Shown here: one piece after another, positions 23,811 through 32,802 of the stretch | How positions within the stretch are numbered: the stretch's first letter is position 1 | Layout: the number at the start of each line of letters is the position of its first letter | NCBI GenBank assembly: GCA_023255765.1 | Contig: JAGDVT010000033.1 | Span: 1-33,322, forward strand | Direction: 5' to 3' | From: Candidatus Paceibacter sp. | GTDB lineage: Bacteria > Patescibacteriota > Minisyncoccia > UBA6257 > HR35 | Length of the DNA: 33,322 nucleotides | Notes under the pieces: model-generated | Databases searched by the model: none | What the model was told of the DNA's origin: nothing | The model's input: the letters and a program-made list of their open reading frames with translations, nothing else | Made by a program: the position numbers and the translations under genes

Positions 23811-25103
23811 TTATAAATATTTTTTAAAAATATCAAAAATTTTAATTTTACTATATTCAGGAGGAACTAAAATAGCAAATTTCAAATTGTTCCAACTAAT
23901 TAACCTTTTTAATTCCCTTTTTATTTGCTCTTCATTTACTTTATTAATTTTTTCTATGTACTCTTTAGGAGAAATAAATTTATTAAATAAAATATAATTT
24001 ATGCCATACAAATAAGCCATATTTAGAGATGATTCTGCACTAGAAAGTATAGTTGTTTTTAATATAGCTTTAGCTTTTTCAATTTCATCATCACTAATTT
24101 TAGTTGATTTTAATGAATTTAGTTCTTCTAATAATCTTTTAATTGTTATTTCAATCTTTGGCAACGAAGAGCCGGTTTGAATATATAAATAACCCCTATC
24201 TGTATAAGAATCTAAATCAACTTTTATATAATAAGTAATTCCTAATTCCTCTCTTAAAATTCTAAATATTCTTGAACTAAAACCATAACCCAATAAACTT
24301 GTTAATACTCTCAACGGATATCTACGATCTTTTAGTTTTTTAATACCATCTGTTATAAACAATAATAATAGATGTGCCTGCTTAAGTTCTTTTTTGTTAA
24401 TTATCTTGCCTTTAGTTTTAGGTATTTTTTGATAATTTAAATTATTTTTAAATGGGCTTTTATTTTTATTATATTTCTCAAATAAATTTTCTAATATCCT
24501 GATAATTTTATTTTCATTAAAATTGCCTACTAAAACTAAATATGAATTATTTACAGTATAATGGTTTTTAAAATAATTTAAAATATCATTTCTACTGAAA
24601 GCTTCTAGATTCTTTTTGGTACCTAAAATAGACCATCCTGCAGGTTGATCTCCAAAGGTGATTTTTAAAACTTCATCAAATATAAAAGAAGTAGGAGTAT
24701 CCATATGAAAATTAATTTCTTCCAAAACAACATTTCTTTCCTTTTCTATTTCATCTTCAGGAAATAATGGATTACAAAGAATATCAGCTAATATTTGTAT
24801 AGCTCTTTCGAAATATTCAGGCAGAGTTTTAATAAAATATCCAGTATATTCATAGGAAGTAAAAGCATTGTAATCTGCACCTATTTTATCAAGTTCTAAG
24901 CCTAAAATTTTAGAATCTGGAAATTGTTTGCTGCCTTTAAAAAATAAATGTTCTATAAAATGCGAAATTCCATTATTTTTTTTATTTTCATAATCAGTAC
25001 CTGTTTTAACTAAAGCTAATATTGAATTTGTAATAAGTTCATCTGATTTGTAAAGAATTACTTTAAGTTTATTTTTAAGAGCTACTAACTTGGGCAGTTT
25101 CAT
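23811..25103 (-). CDS. M16-family (pitrilysin/insulinase-like) zinc peptidase
   Basis: 430 aa. The inverted zinc motif HxxEH occurs in GISHFIEHLFFKGS, with a downstream EKERNVVLEEI glutamate region. Confidence 0.85.
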   Translation of the reverse strand: MKLPKLVALKNKLKVILYKSDELITNSILALVKTGTDYENKKNNGISHFIEHLFFKGSKQFPDSKILGLELDKIGADYNAFTSYEYTGYFIKTLPEYFERAIQILADILCNPLFPEDEIEKERNVVLEEINFHMDTPTSFIFDEVLKITFGDQPAGWSILGTKKNLEAFSRNDILNYFKNHYTVNNSYLVLVGNFNENKIIRILENLFEKYNKNKSPFKNNLNYQKIPKTKGKIINKKELKQAHLLLLFITDGIKKLKDRRYPLRVLTSLLGYGFSSRIFRILREELGITYYIKVDLDSYTDRGYLYIQTGSSLPKIEITIKRLLEELNSLKSTKISDDEIEKAKAILKTTILSSAESSLNMAYLYGINYILFNKFISPKEYIEKINKVNEEQIKRELKRLISWNNLKFAILVPPEYSKIKIFDIFKKYL

Positions 25104-25380
25104 TTTCTTTGTTTTTATTCTTTATAGGGATAGGCCTTTTTTTACCTTTAATAATTCCCTTTTTAATTAATAAATTCCAAACAGAATCTGAAACCTGTGC
25201 TCCATTTTTTAAATAAAATTCAATACTTTCTTTATCAAATTCACCCACCTTTTTTCTTGGATCCCACCAACCCAATTTTGCTATATATTTACCATGCAAT
25301 TTACTCCTTTTTTCTTGAAGCACTATTCTAAAGATTTTTTGATGTTTTTTGCCAACAGGTTGAAATCTTATGACTAACAT
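25075..25380 (-). CDS. rpsP: 30S ribosomal protein S16
   Basis: MLVIRFQPVGKKHQKIFRIVLQEKRSKLHGKYIAKLGWWDP is the S16 N-terminus. I chose the ATG at 25380 rather than the track's upstream TTG at 25398, which would overlap rplQ. The C-terminal tail overlaps the M16 peptidase start by 29 nt. Confidence 0.85.
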   Translation of the reverse strand: MLVIRFQPVGKKHQKIFRIVLQEKRSKLHGKYIAKLGWWDPRKKVGEFDKESIEFYLKNGAQVSDSVWNLLIKKGIIKGKKRPIPIKNKNKENETAQVSSS

Positions 25381-25384
25381 ATTT

Positions 25385-25735
25385 TTATACAAATTCAATA
25401 ATACTTAATTCTGCTCCATCGCTTTTTCTTCTTAAGGGTAATTTTATAACTCTTGTATAACCTCCATTTCTTTCTTTATATCTGGGTGCTATTTCATAAA
25501 ATAATTTATAAGCAGATTTTTTCGGTAATTTACTAAGCAATCTTCTTAAAGCTGCTAAGTTTTGTTTTTTAGCAATTGTAATCATTTTTTCTATAATTCT
25601 TTTCAAATATTTTGCCTTTTCGGTAGTAGTTTTAATTTTTTCTTTCATAATAAGATGATGGGCCATATTTCTAAACAAAGCCTTTCTTTGGTCTTTTTTT
25701 CTATGAAATTTTTTTGTTTTAACTAGATGCTTCAT
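25385..25735 (-). CDS. rplQ: 50S ribosomal protein L17
   Basis: 116 aa. RKALFRNMAHHLIMKEKIKTTTEKAKYLKRIIEKMITIAKK ... YEIAPRYKERNGGYTRVIKL ... LSIIEFV is the canonical L17 pattern. Confidence 0.9.
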   Translation of the reverse strand: MKHLVKTKKFHRKKDQRKALFRNMAHHLIMKEKIKTTTEKAKYLKRIIEKMITIAKKQNLAALRRLLSKLPKKSAYKLFYEIAPRYKERNGGYTRVIKLPLRRKSDGAELSIIEFV

Positions 25736-26411
25736 TGATTATAGTAAAATGCTTAATTAAAATTTCTGCAGCATCTTTTAATGCTTTATCTGGCGTGATG
25801 GTACCATCTGTTTCAATAGTTATTCTTAGTAGATTATAGTCAGCCCTTTCCCTATATACTATATTTTCAACTTCATAACTTACATTTACAATTGGAGAAA
25901 ATATTGCATCTAAAACTATTGTTCCAGGTTCTACTCTTTCTTTTTCTCTTTCTTCCGCAGAGGAATAACCATAACCTTTTTCTACTGTTAGCTTCATTTT
26001 TATTTCTGCTTCACTCGAAGTAATTGTTGCTATTTTTAATTCGGGATTTACTATTTCTACGCCTGCAGGGCACTTTATATCTTTTGCGTATATTTCACCT
26101 TCCCCCTTTTTATAAAGTTCTAATTCTACAGGTTCTTCTCCTTCATACTTCACTCTTACTTTTTTAAGTGCTAATAAAATATCAATAACATCTTCCAATA
26201 CACCTGGAATAGAAGTAAACTCGTGCAAAACGTTTTCTATATGAACTAAAGTAATCGCCGCACCTCTGATTGAAGATAAAAGAACCCTCCTTAAAGCATT
26301 TCCAATTGTAACTCCATATCCTGGATACAAAGGAGCAATTTCAAAAGTTGCTTTATTTTTTTCAGAAGATACAAGTTTTGGTTTTTCTGGTAAGATTAAT
26401 TCTTTTATCAT
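25719..26411 (-). CDS. rpoA: DNA-directed RNA polymerase alpha subunit, N-terminal domain only
   Basis: 230 aa. PLYPGYGVTIGNALRRVLLSSIRGAAIT ... HEFTSIPGVLEDV ... LDAIFSPIVNVSYEVEN is the alpha N-terminal domain (NTD). The ORF ends at ..HFTIINEASS and overlaps the rplQ start by 17 nt. Confidence 0.9.
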   Translation of the reverse strand: MIKELILPEKPKLVSSEKNKATFEIAPLYPGYGVTIGNALRRVLLSSIRGAAITLVHIENVLHEFTSIPGVLEDVIDILLALKKVRVKYEGEEPVELELYKKGEGEIYAKDIKCPAGVEIVNPELKIATITSSEAEIKMKLTVEKGYGYSSAEEREKERVEPGTIVLDAIFSPIVNVSYEVENIVYRERADYNLLRITIETDGTITPDKALKDAAEILIKHFTIINEASS

Positions 26412-26444
26412 TTATTTAAAAATAATATAAATTTTTAATTCGAC

Positions 26445-27062
26445 TTATTTAGAATAATATTGTAAGGCTAAAGGCACATTAAAGGGTAAATTAAGCTCTT
26501 CAGGCTCCGGATATCTTAAAAATTCACCTTTTAAAGTATTAATATCTATTTTAAGCCAAGGTGGCGGAGAATATATTTTTAATTTTTTTTGCAAATCTTT
26601 AAATGGTTCAATATTTTTACTTGCAGGCCTTATTTCTATTATATCTCCAGGCTCTAATAATAAAGAGGGAGTTTTTACTCTTTGACCATTAACTAAAAAA
26701 TGACCATGGGAAACAAGCTGTCTAGCATGAAGCTTTGAATTTGTATACCCCAGCCTCCAAACAACATTATCTAATTTACTTTCTAATAACTTAATCAAAG
26801 CAATGGGCAAAGGCTCTTTCCATTTCTCTGCTTTTTCTATGAAATTTTTAAGTTGTTTTTCTTTCAATAAATAATAAAATCTTATTTTTTGTTTTTCAAC
26901 AAGACTTCTTCCATAGTCAGATAAAACCCTCGGTTTATTCCCATGCATTCCAGGCCTTGTTCTTCTTCTTGATAACGCACATTTATTAGAAGAGCATCTC
27001 TCGTTCCACAAAATTTTTTGTCCTAAACTTCTACAAATTTTGCACTTTTTAGCAATAAGCAT
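26445..27062 (-). CDS. rpsD: 30S ribosomal protein S4
   Basis: 205 aa. A Cys-rich N-terminus (CKICRSLG..CSSNKC), SDYGRSLVEKQKIRFYY, and an S4 RNA-binding domain (LDNVVWRLGYTNSKLHARQLVSHGHFLVNGQRV). Confidence 0.92.
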   Translation of the reverse strand: MLIAKKCKICRSLGQKILWNERCSSNKCALSRRRTRPGMHGNKPRVLSDYGRSLVEKQKIRFYYLLKEKQLKNFIEKAEKWKEPLPIALIKLLESKLDNVVWRLGYTNSKLHARQLVSHGHFLVNGQRVKTPSLLLEPGDIIEIRPASKNIEPFKDLQKKLKIYSPPPWLKIDINTLKGEFLRYPEPEELNLPFNVPLALQYYSK

Positions 27063-27496
27063 TATACTCTTCGAGGTTTAGGAGGTGTAGGACCACCGAA
27101 AGGAATTGGAGTCCTATCCTCTATAGATATAATATTTAAATCAGAATTAAATAAAACTCTCAAAGCAGATTCCCTGCCAGGTCCTATGCCTTTTATTATA
27201 ATCTTAACTTCACCAACATCAAAATTTGCTTTAATTTTTTCTAATAAAACCTCAGCAGTTTTTGCTCCTGCATAAGGTGTAGCCTCTTTTGTGTTTTTAA
27301 AACCACAACTTCCCGCTGATGACCAGCACAAAACATTTCCATTTGCATCAGTGAAACACATTAGAGTATTATTAAAATGGGAATTAATATGAATAATACC
27401 AACATCAACCCTTTTTTTCTTTTTTGCTTTTTTAATCTTTATGCCTTCTTCTTTTATCTCTTCTCCTTGTATTGTTTTTGTTCTCGTTCTACCCAT
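27062..27496 (-). CDS. rpsK: 30S ribosomal protein S11
   Basis: 144 aa. GIIHINSHFNNTLMCFTDANGNVLCWSSAGSCGFKNTKEATPYAG ... IKGIGPGRESALR ... IEDRTPIPFGG. One-nucleotide overlap with rpsD. Confidence 0.92.
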   Translation of the reverse strand: MGRTRTKTIQGEEIKEEGIKIKKAKKKKRVDVGIIHINSHFNNTLMCFTDANGNVLCWSSAGSCGFKNTKEATPYAGAKTAEVLLEKIKANFDVGEVKIIIKGIGPGRESALRVLFNSDLNIISIEDRTPIPFGGPTPPKPRRV

Positions 27497-27498
27497 TT

Positions 27499-27882
27499 TT
27501 ATTTTTTAGATAATTTTCTTTTACCAGAACCAACTGTTTTACGTGGTCCTTTTCTTGTTCTTGCGTTTGTTCTTGTTCTTTGTCCCCAAACAGGTAATTT
27601 TCTTGAATGCCTTAATCCTCTATAACATTGAATTTCTATAAGTCTTCTTATATTTGCCTGTATTTCTCTTTTTAAATCACCTTCAATCTTTAAATTTTCA
27701 TTTATATATTTTTCAATTTTACCAATCTCTTCAATAGAAAGCTCTTTAGTTTTTTTCATAGGATCAATATTCAGATATTCACATATTTTTTTAGCCAAAG
27801 ATCTTCCAATCCCATATATTTTAGGCAACGCAAATAAAATCCTTTTTTCACTTGGTAATTCTACTCCTGCAATTCTAACCAT
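27499..27882 (-). CDS. rpsM: 30S ribosomal protein S13
   Basis: 127 aa. MVRIAGVELPSEKRILFALPKIYGIGRSLAKKI ... YRGLRHSRKLPVWGQRTRTNARTRKG. Confidence 0.93.
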   Translation of the reverse strand: MVRIAGVELPSEKRILFALPKIYGIGRSLAKKICEYLNIDPMKKTKELSIEEIGKIEKYINENLKIEGDLKREIQANIRRLIEIQCYRGLRHSRKLPVWGQRTRTNARTRKGPRKTVGSGKRKLSKK

Positions 27883-27884
27883 TT

Positions 27885-27998
27885 TTAACCTTGTCTTTGT
27901 TTATGTTTTGGATTTTCGCAAATAACATACAATCGACCTTCTCTTTTTACTATTTTACACTTTTTACACCTTTTTTTAATTGATGCCTTTACTTTCAT
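27885..27998 (-). CDS. rpmJ: 50S ribosomal protein L36
   Basis: [37 protein letters not shown] (37 aa), from the internal ATG at 27998. The longer track ORF (to 28067) would overlap infA and adds non-L36 sequence. Confidence 0.9.
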   Translation of the reverse strand: MKVKASIKKRCKKCKIVKREGRLYVICENPKHKQRQG

Positions 27999-28002
27999 TT
28001 TT

Positions 28003-28209
28003 TTATTTTCTTTTAATAATTCTACCTCTTCTTTTATCATAAGGAGAAAGTTCAACAACAACCTCATCCCCTGGTACTATTTTAATATAATTAATTCTCA
28101 TCTTGCCTGATAAATAAGCTAAGACTTCACCTCCATTTTTTAATTGTACTTTAAAAGTTGTATCTGGCAACGCCTCAATTACTATTCCTTCCACTATTTC
28201 TTTTTTCAT
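28003..28209 (-). CDS. infA: Translation initiation factor IF-1
   Basis: [68 protein letters not shown], from the ATG at 28209. The track's N-terminal extension (to 28269) runs into tRNA-Pro and is rejected. Confidence 0.9.
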   Translation of the reverse strand: MKKEIVEGIVIEALPDTTFKVQLKNGGEVLAYLSGKMRINYIKIVPGDEVVVELSPYDKRRGRIIKRK

Positions 28210-28223
28210 TTTTAAAAATATAA

Positions 28224-28296
28224 TCGGGGTGGCCGGATTCGAACCGGCAATCTCGTGGTCCCAAACCACGCGCCTTAACCATTAGGCCACACCCCG
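28224..28296 (-). tRNA. tRNA-Pro (anticodon UGG), no encoded CCA
   Basis: Hand-folded on the minus strand: CGGGGTG TG GCCT AATGGTTA AGGC G CGTGG TTTGGGA CCACG AGATT GCCGG TTCGAAT CCGGC CACCCCG A. Confidence 0.9.
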
Positions 28297-28307
28297 TAAT
28301 TTTAAAA

Positions 28308-28380
28308 TGGACCCAGAGGGACTCGAACCCTCGGCCTCCGCCATGCCATAGCGGCGCTCTACCAACTGAGCTATGGGCCC
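28308..28380 (-). tRNA. tRNA-Ala (anticodon GGC), no encoded CCA
   Basis: Hand-folded on the minus strand: GGGCCCA TA GCTC AGTTGGTA GAGC G CCGCT ATGGCAT GGCGG AGGCC GAGGG TTCGAGT CCCTC TGGGTCC A. The acceptor stem carries the G3:U70 alanine identity pair. Confidence 0.9.
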
Positions 28381-28398
28381 TTTGTAATATTAATTTTA

Positions 28399-29853
28399 TC
28401 AATTTTCTTTTTCTTTTACAAATGGAAAATATATAACTTCTTTTAAATATTTACTATTAGTTAAAATCATAACTAATCTATCAATCCCTATTCCTAATCC
28501 TGCTGTGGGTGGCATTCCATATTCTAAAGCTTCTATAAATGTTTCATCATAAGGATGAGCCTCTTCATCACCTTGTTTCAAAAGCTTACTTTGCTCTTCG
28601 AATCTATTTTTTTGATCTATTGGATCGTTTAATTCTGCAAAAGCATTTATAACCTCCAAGCCACCTATATAACCTTGAAACCTTAATGTTAATTCAGGGT
28701 TTTTTCTATTTAATTTTGCTAAAGGAGATATTTCTTTTGGATGATCAATCAAAAATGTTGGCTGAATTAATTCTTTTCTAATAATTTTTTTGAAAATCTC
28801 ATCAACTATTTTACCTTTTGTTATTATTTTTGGGTTAAATTCTATATTATTCTTTTTTGCAAAATTTATAAAATCTTCTAAACTATTTTTAAAATAATCT
28901 AAGTCTGTATATTTTTTTATTATATCAACATATTTAATTCTTTTCCATTTTTTCCCAAAATCTATTTTGTGTCCTTGATATTCTATGATATACATCTCTT
29001 TTTTATTAAATTTTTTATTAAATCTTTTTACAAGTTCTTTTATAAGTTCTTCTACAAATTTCATTAAAGATTCTCTATCACAATATGCGTAATAGAGTTC
29101 CATCATTGTAAATTCTGGATTATGTTCTCTATCTATTCCTTCGTTTCTAAAATTTTTACCTATTTCAAATATTTTTTCAAAACCACCAACAATCATTTTT
29201 TTAAGATAAAGCTCTGGCGCTATTCTTAAATATAAAGGAATATCTAATGCTTCTAAATAAGTTTTAAAAGGTTTAGCCAGAGCCCCACCATAATGAGTTT
29301 GCAAAATTGGAGTTTCAACTTCTACAAAGCCTTTTTCCCACAAAATTTCCCTTAAAATTCTTATGATATAAAATCTTTTGTCGAAAATCAATTTATCTTC
29401 ATCATAAAATATTGTTCTTAGATAAGGATTTCTAATTAACAGCTCTTCATCCCTAAATTTATAATATTCTTTAGGAAAATTTTTTAATGATTTAGATAAT
29501 AAAACATATTTTTTTACTAGTACACTTTTTTCTTTAGTTTTGGGCAAAAAAGCATTACCATAAATATTAATAAAATCTCCTATTTTAAAAATTTCTCTAA
29601 AAATTTTAAATTTCAAAGTAAAATCTTTTTTAAGTATGCATTGAATTTTACTTGTCTCATCTTTAATATCTATAAAAATAATATTTCCATGATCTCTAAT
29701 AGCCATTATTCTTCCGACTATCCAAAAGCGCTTTTTATTTTTTAAAAATTTTCTGAAATTTAAAATAATTTCTGATATGCTAAAATCCCTCTTACTTTTT
29801 TCTGGATAAGGATCAATTCCTATTTTTTTAATTTTTTCTATTTCTTCTAACAT
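28399..29853 (-). CDS. lysS: Lysyl-tRNA synthetase, class II
   Basis: 484 aa. An OB-fold N-domain, then LRIAPELYLKKMIVGGFEKIFEIGKNFRNEGIDREHNPEFTMMELYYAY (motif 2 region) and GMPPTAGLGIGIDRLVMIL (motif 3). TAATG overlap with pilC. Confidence 0.95.
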   Translation of the reverse strand: MLEEIEKIKKIGIDPYPEKSKRDFSISEIILNFRKFLKNKKRFWIVGRIMAIRDHGNIIFIDIKDETSKIQCILKKDFTLKFKIFREIFKIGDFINIYGNAFLPKTKEKSVLVKKYVLLSKSLKNFPKEYYKFRDEELLIRNPYLRTIFYDEDKLIFDKRFYIIRILREILWEKGFVEVETPILQTHYGGALAKPFKTYLEALDIPLYLRIAPELYLKKMIVGGFEKIFEIGKNFRNEGIDREHNPEFTMMELYYAYCDRESLMKFVEELIKELVKRFNKKFNKKEMYIIEYQGHKIDFGKKWKRIKYVDIIKKYTDLDYFKNSLEDFINFAKKNNIEFNPKIITKGKIVDEIFKKIIRKELIQPTFLIDHPKEISPLAKLNRKNPELTLRFQGYIGGLEVINAFAELNDPIDQKNRFEEQSKLLKQGDEEAHPYDETFIEALEYGMPPTAGLGIGIDRLVMILTNSKYLKEVIYFPFVKEKEN

Positions 29854-31094
29854 TATTGACTAATCTGTCTTTGTTGTAATCCTTGCTCTAATTGTGCAGA
29901 AATTTGTTGATAAACAGGAACTATAATTGAAACTGCAATTAATCCTACGATTAATCCTACAAAAACTATAAGAAGCGGCTCAAGTAATGTCATAAGATTT
30001 TTAATAGTATATTTTACCTCATCTTCATAATATTTTTCCATAACTTCTAATACTTTATTCAAATTCCCTGTTTCTGAGCCTATTATCATAACTCCTGAAA
30101 ATACTGGAGGAAAAATCTTTTCTTGAGATAAAACTTCTTCAAAATTAGAGCCACCTTGAATTTTTTGATGCATTCTTAATGTAGCTTCTTTTAATTCAGG
30201 ATGAGAGATGACCAAACTAGTAAGATATAGCCCTTGAGAAATCGTAATACCGCTTTCTATTAGAGATCCTAAAATAAAACAAAAAGACCTTAAATTCATA
30301 TTTAAAATTAAATTTTTTAAAATAGGCAATCTTAAACTTATTTTTAGCAAAATATTCCTTCCCTTTCTTGTAATTAAAAGTGAAATTAATATAACTATAA
30401 ATAGAAATAAAAAACTAAAAATTAACTTAATATGATCCCCGATCCATATACCTGTTGTTAGAATAACCCTTGAAAAAGCAGGCAATTTTGTGCCCATTTG
30501 TTGGACTAAGCCAGCAATTTTAGGTATAACAAAAGTTGTTACTAATATAATCACTGCAAATGCGGCTATTAATATTATAGAAGGATAAAGTAAAGAAGAC
30601 ATAAGCTCCGTTCTGACATTCTTTTCTTTTTCTAAATCCTCTACCCACTTATCAAAAGTTTTTGTAAGATTACCAGAAAGCTCACCTATTTTAATTAACT
30701 CTATTTCAACAGGAGTAAAGCTTTCAGGAAAATATTGAAATGTCAAATAAAATGGACTCCCTTTTTCTAAATTATAAATTAAAAACAAAACAAAATCTTT
30801 TAAAATCCCATCTTTTAAATTCTTTACGAAAATTTTTAAACCATCTATAAATCCAGCTCCTGATTTTAATATAAGAGATACATTTCTTGCAAAAAAAATT
30901 TTATCTTTTAGAGATATTCTTTTTAATGGTTTTAATATTTTATAAAAAAAAGTTTCAGCAGATAAAGAAATTTTAATAGGAGTAAGTCCCAATCCTGATA
31001 AATAATCTGTGATTTCTTGTTCCGATTCAGCAATTAATTTTGCTTTATGTATTTTACCTAATTGATCTATAGCGACAAATTTATAAAAATTCAT
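29853..31094 (-). CDS. pilC: Type IV pilus / T2SS platform protein (GspF/PilC family)
   Basis: 413 aa with two repeated T2SS-F-like halves, each followed by hydrophobic helices. Located 1 nt downstream of the PilB-like ATPase. Confidence 0.85.
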   Translation of the reverse strand: MNFYKFVAIDQLGKIHKAKLIAESEQEITDYLSGLGLTPIKISLSAETFFYKILKPLKRISLKDKIFFARNVSLILKSGAGFIDGLKIFVKNLKDGILKDFVLFLIYNLEKGSPFYLTFQYFPESFTPVEIELIKIGELSGNLTKTFDKWVEDLEKEKNVRTELMSSLLYPSIILIAAFAVIILVTTFVIPKIAGLVQQMGTKLPAFSRVILTTGIWIGDHIKLIFSFLFLFIVILISLLITRKGRNILLKISLRLPILKNLILNMNLRSFCFILGSLIESGITISQGLYLTSLVISHPELKEATLRMHQKIQGGSNFEEVLSQEKIFPPVFSGVMIIGSETGNLNKVLEVMEKYYEDEVKYTIKNLMTLLEPLLIVFVGLIVGLIAVSIIVPVYQQISAQLEQGLQQRQISQ

Positions 31095-31095
31095 T

Positions 31096-32802
31096 TTATT
31101 CTTTGATTACCCTTAATACTTCTTCTAATGTTGTAATACCAGCTACAACCTTTTCAAAACCATCTTCAAACATTGTTTTAAAGCCTTTATTTCTTAATAA
31201 ATCCTTAAATTCAACTAGATTAAATTCTTTTCTTGATAAATAATCAGCAATTTCATCATCTACAAAAAACATTTCAAAAATACCAGTTCTTCCTTTATAT
31301 CCTGAATAACCACAATATTCACACCCCCGTCCTTTATAAATATACCGAGGAGATTGGAAATTTTCAATTTGTTCCTTCGACCAGCCAGATCTATAAAGTT
31401 GGTCCTTTATCATTTCTTCTTGATAAGGTTTAATTTCTTCGGTAAATATGCAATTTAAGCAAATTTTTCTTACCAATCTTTGTGCCATAACTAAAACTAA
31501 AGTTGAAGCAACCAAATATTTTGGTACCCCTAAATCTATTAATCTTGGAACTGCGGTTGGGGCATCATTAGTGTGCAAAGTAGAAAGTATTAAGTGTCCT
31601 GTCAATGCTGCTTGTATTGCTATATCAGCAGTTTCAAAATCTCTAATCTCACCTACCATTATTATGTTTGGATCTTGTCTTAAAAGCGCTCTTAAGCCAG
31701 AAGCAAAAGTTAAATCTACTTTAGGATTAACTTGTATTTGATTCACTCTTTCCAATTCATATTCAATAGGATCTTCAATTGTACATATATTAACCTCAGG
31801 TCTATTTAAAAGCTGTAATATTGTATATAAAGTAGTAGTTTTACCAGATCCAGTAGGTCCAGTAGAAAGAATCATGCCATAAGTTTTCTCCATTGCTGCT
31901 TCCATTAGTTTTTGAGCTTTTTCATTCATACCAAGTTCTGCTAAAGAAGTAGGTCTAAATGTAGATGCCAATAACCTTAAAACAGCTTTTTCTCCATACA
32001 TTGTTGGCACTATAGAAACCCTTATATCAAACTCAAAATCGCCTAATTTTGTTTTAAATCTTCCATCTTGAGGTCTGAAATGTTCATCCAATTGAAGTTG
32101 AGATAGTATTTTTATTCTAGCAATCAAAGATGGATGTAAGTTTTTAGGTAATCTCATAATTTCTCTTAATACACCATCTATCCTAAATCTTACTAAACTA
32201 TAATCAGCAAATATTTCTATGTGTATATCAGATGCATTAAGTCCCATCGCGTAATTTAAAAGATTATCTACAATTCTGGTAGCAGAAATCCTTTCTTCTT
32301 CCTCTGTGAGAAAAGCTTTTTCAAATACTTGAACATCCTTTGTTAATAATTGTTGGTATTTTTCTCTATATAATGCTTGATAATTTATTAATGCTCTTTG
32401 TATTTCATCCTCAAATGCAAATAAAGGCTCAATTTTTTTACCGGTTATATTAGATACAAGATTAATTGTCTCAAAATCTCTAGGATTTGCCATTGCTAAA
32501 CTTAAAGTATCTCCTTCAATATCTACAGGAATAACTTTTTTCTGTATAGCAATCTGTTCTGGAACTAACCTTAACACACTAGGATTTATCGAAATAAACC
32601 TTAAATTTGCTCTTTTAACACCTAAGTACTCACTTAATATATTTCCAAAATAATCTTTATCAAGCCATCTTCTGCTAAACATTAAGTCTAAAGGATGAAT
32701 ATTTAGTCTTTTTGCTTCTTTTTGTATTTCTTCCCAAGTAGATTCGTCAACTAAATGATTTTTTATTAAAATATCCTTTAATTCTGTTTCTGATATTATC
32801 AT
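31096..32802 (-). CDS. pilB: Type IV pilus assembly ATPase (GspE/PilB family)
   Basis: 568 aa. An N-terminal GspE_N-like domain, Walker A in LSTGPTGSGKTTTLYT, Walker B in IIMVGEIRD, the His box LTGHLILSTLHTND, and a tetracysteine zinc motif CLNC ... CEYC. Confidence 0.9.
   Translation of the reverse strand: MIISETELKDILIKNHLVDESTWEEIQKEAKRLNIHPLDLMFSRRWLDKDYFGNILSEYLGVKRANLRFISINPSVLRLVPEQIAIQKKVIPVDIEGDTLSLAMANPRDFETINLVSNITGKKIEPLFAFEDEIQRALINYQALYREKYQQLLTKDVQVFEKAFLTEEEERISATRIVDNLLNYAMGLNASDIHIEIFADYSLVRFRIDGVLREIMRLPKNLHPSLIARIKILSQLQLDEHFRPQDGRFKTKLGDFEFDIRVSIVPTMYGEKAVLRLLASTFRPTSLAELGMNEKAQKLMEAAMEKTYGMILSTGPTGSGKTTTLYTILQLLNRPEVNICTIEDPIEYELERVNQIQVNPKVDLTFASGLRALLRQDPNIIMVGEIRDFETADIAIQAALTGHLILSTLHTNDAPTAVPRLIDLGVPKYLVASTLVLVMAQRLVRKICLNCIFTEEIKPYQEEMIKDQLYRSGWSKEQIENFQSPRYIYKGRGCEYCGYSGYKGRTGIFEMFFVDDEIADYLSRKEFNLVEFKDLLRNKGFKTMFEDGFEKVVAGITTLEEVLRVIKE

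Noticed and set aside
28210-28269. N-terminal extensions of the track ORFs for infA (to 28269) and rpmJ (to 28067).
   Set aside because: The extensions run into tRNA-Pro and into infA respectively, and they add residues foreign to IF-1 and L36. Internal ATGs at 28209 and 27998 give canonical-length proteins.
28175-28402. 75-aa minus-strand ORF covering 28175-28402.
   Set aside because: It is the translation of the tRNA-Pro and tRNA-Ala genes and the spacer between them (GC-rich, R/G-rich peptide). The cloverleaf folds explain the sequence.
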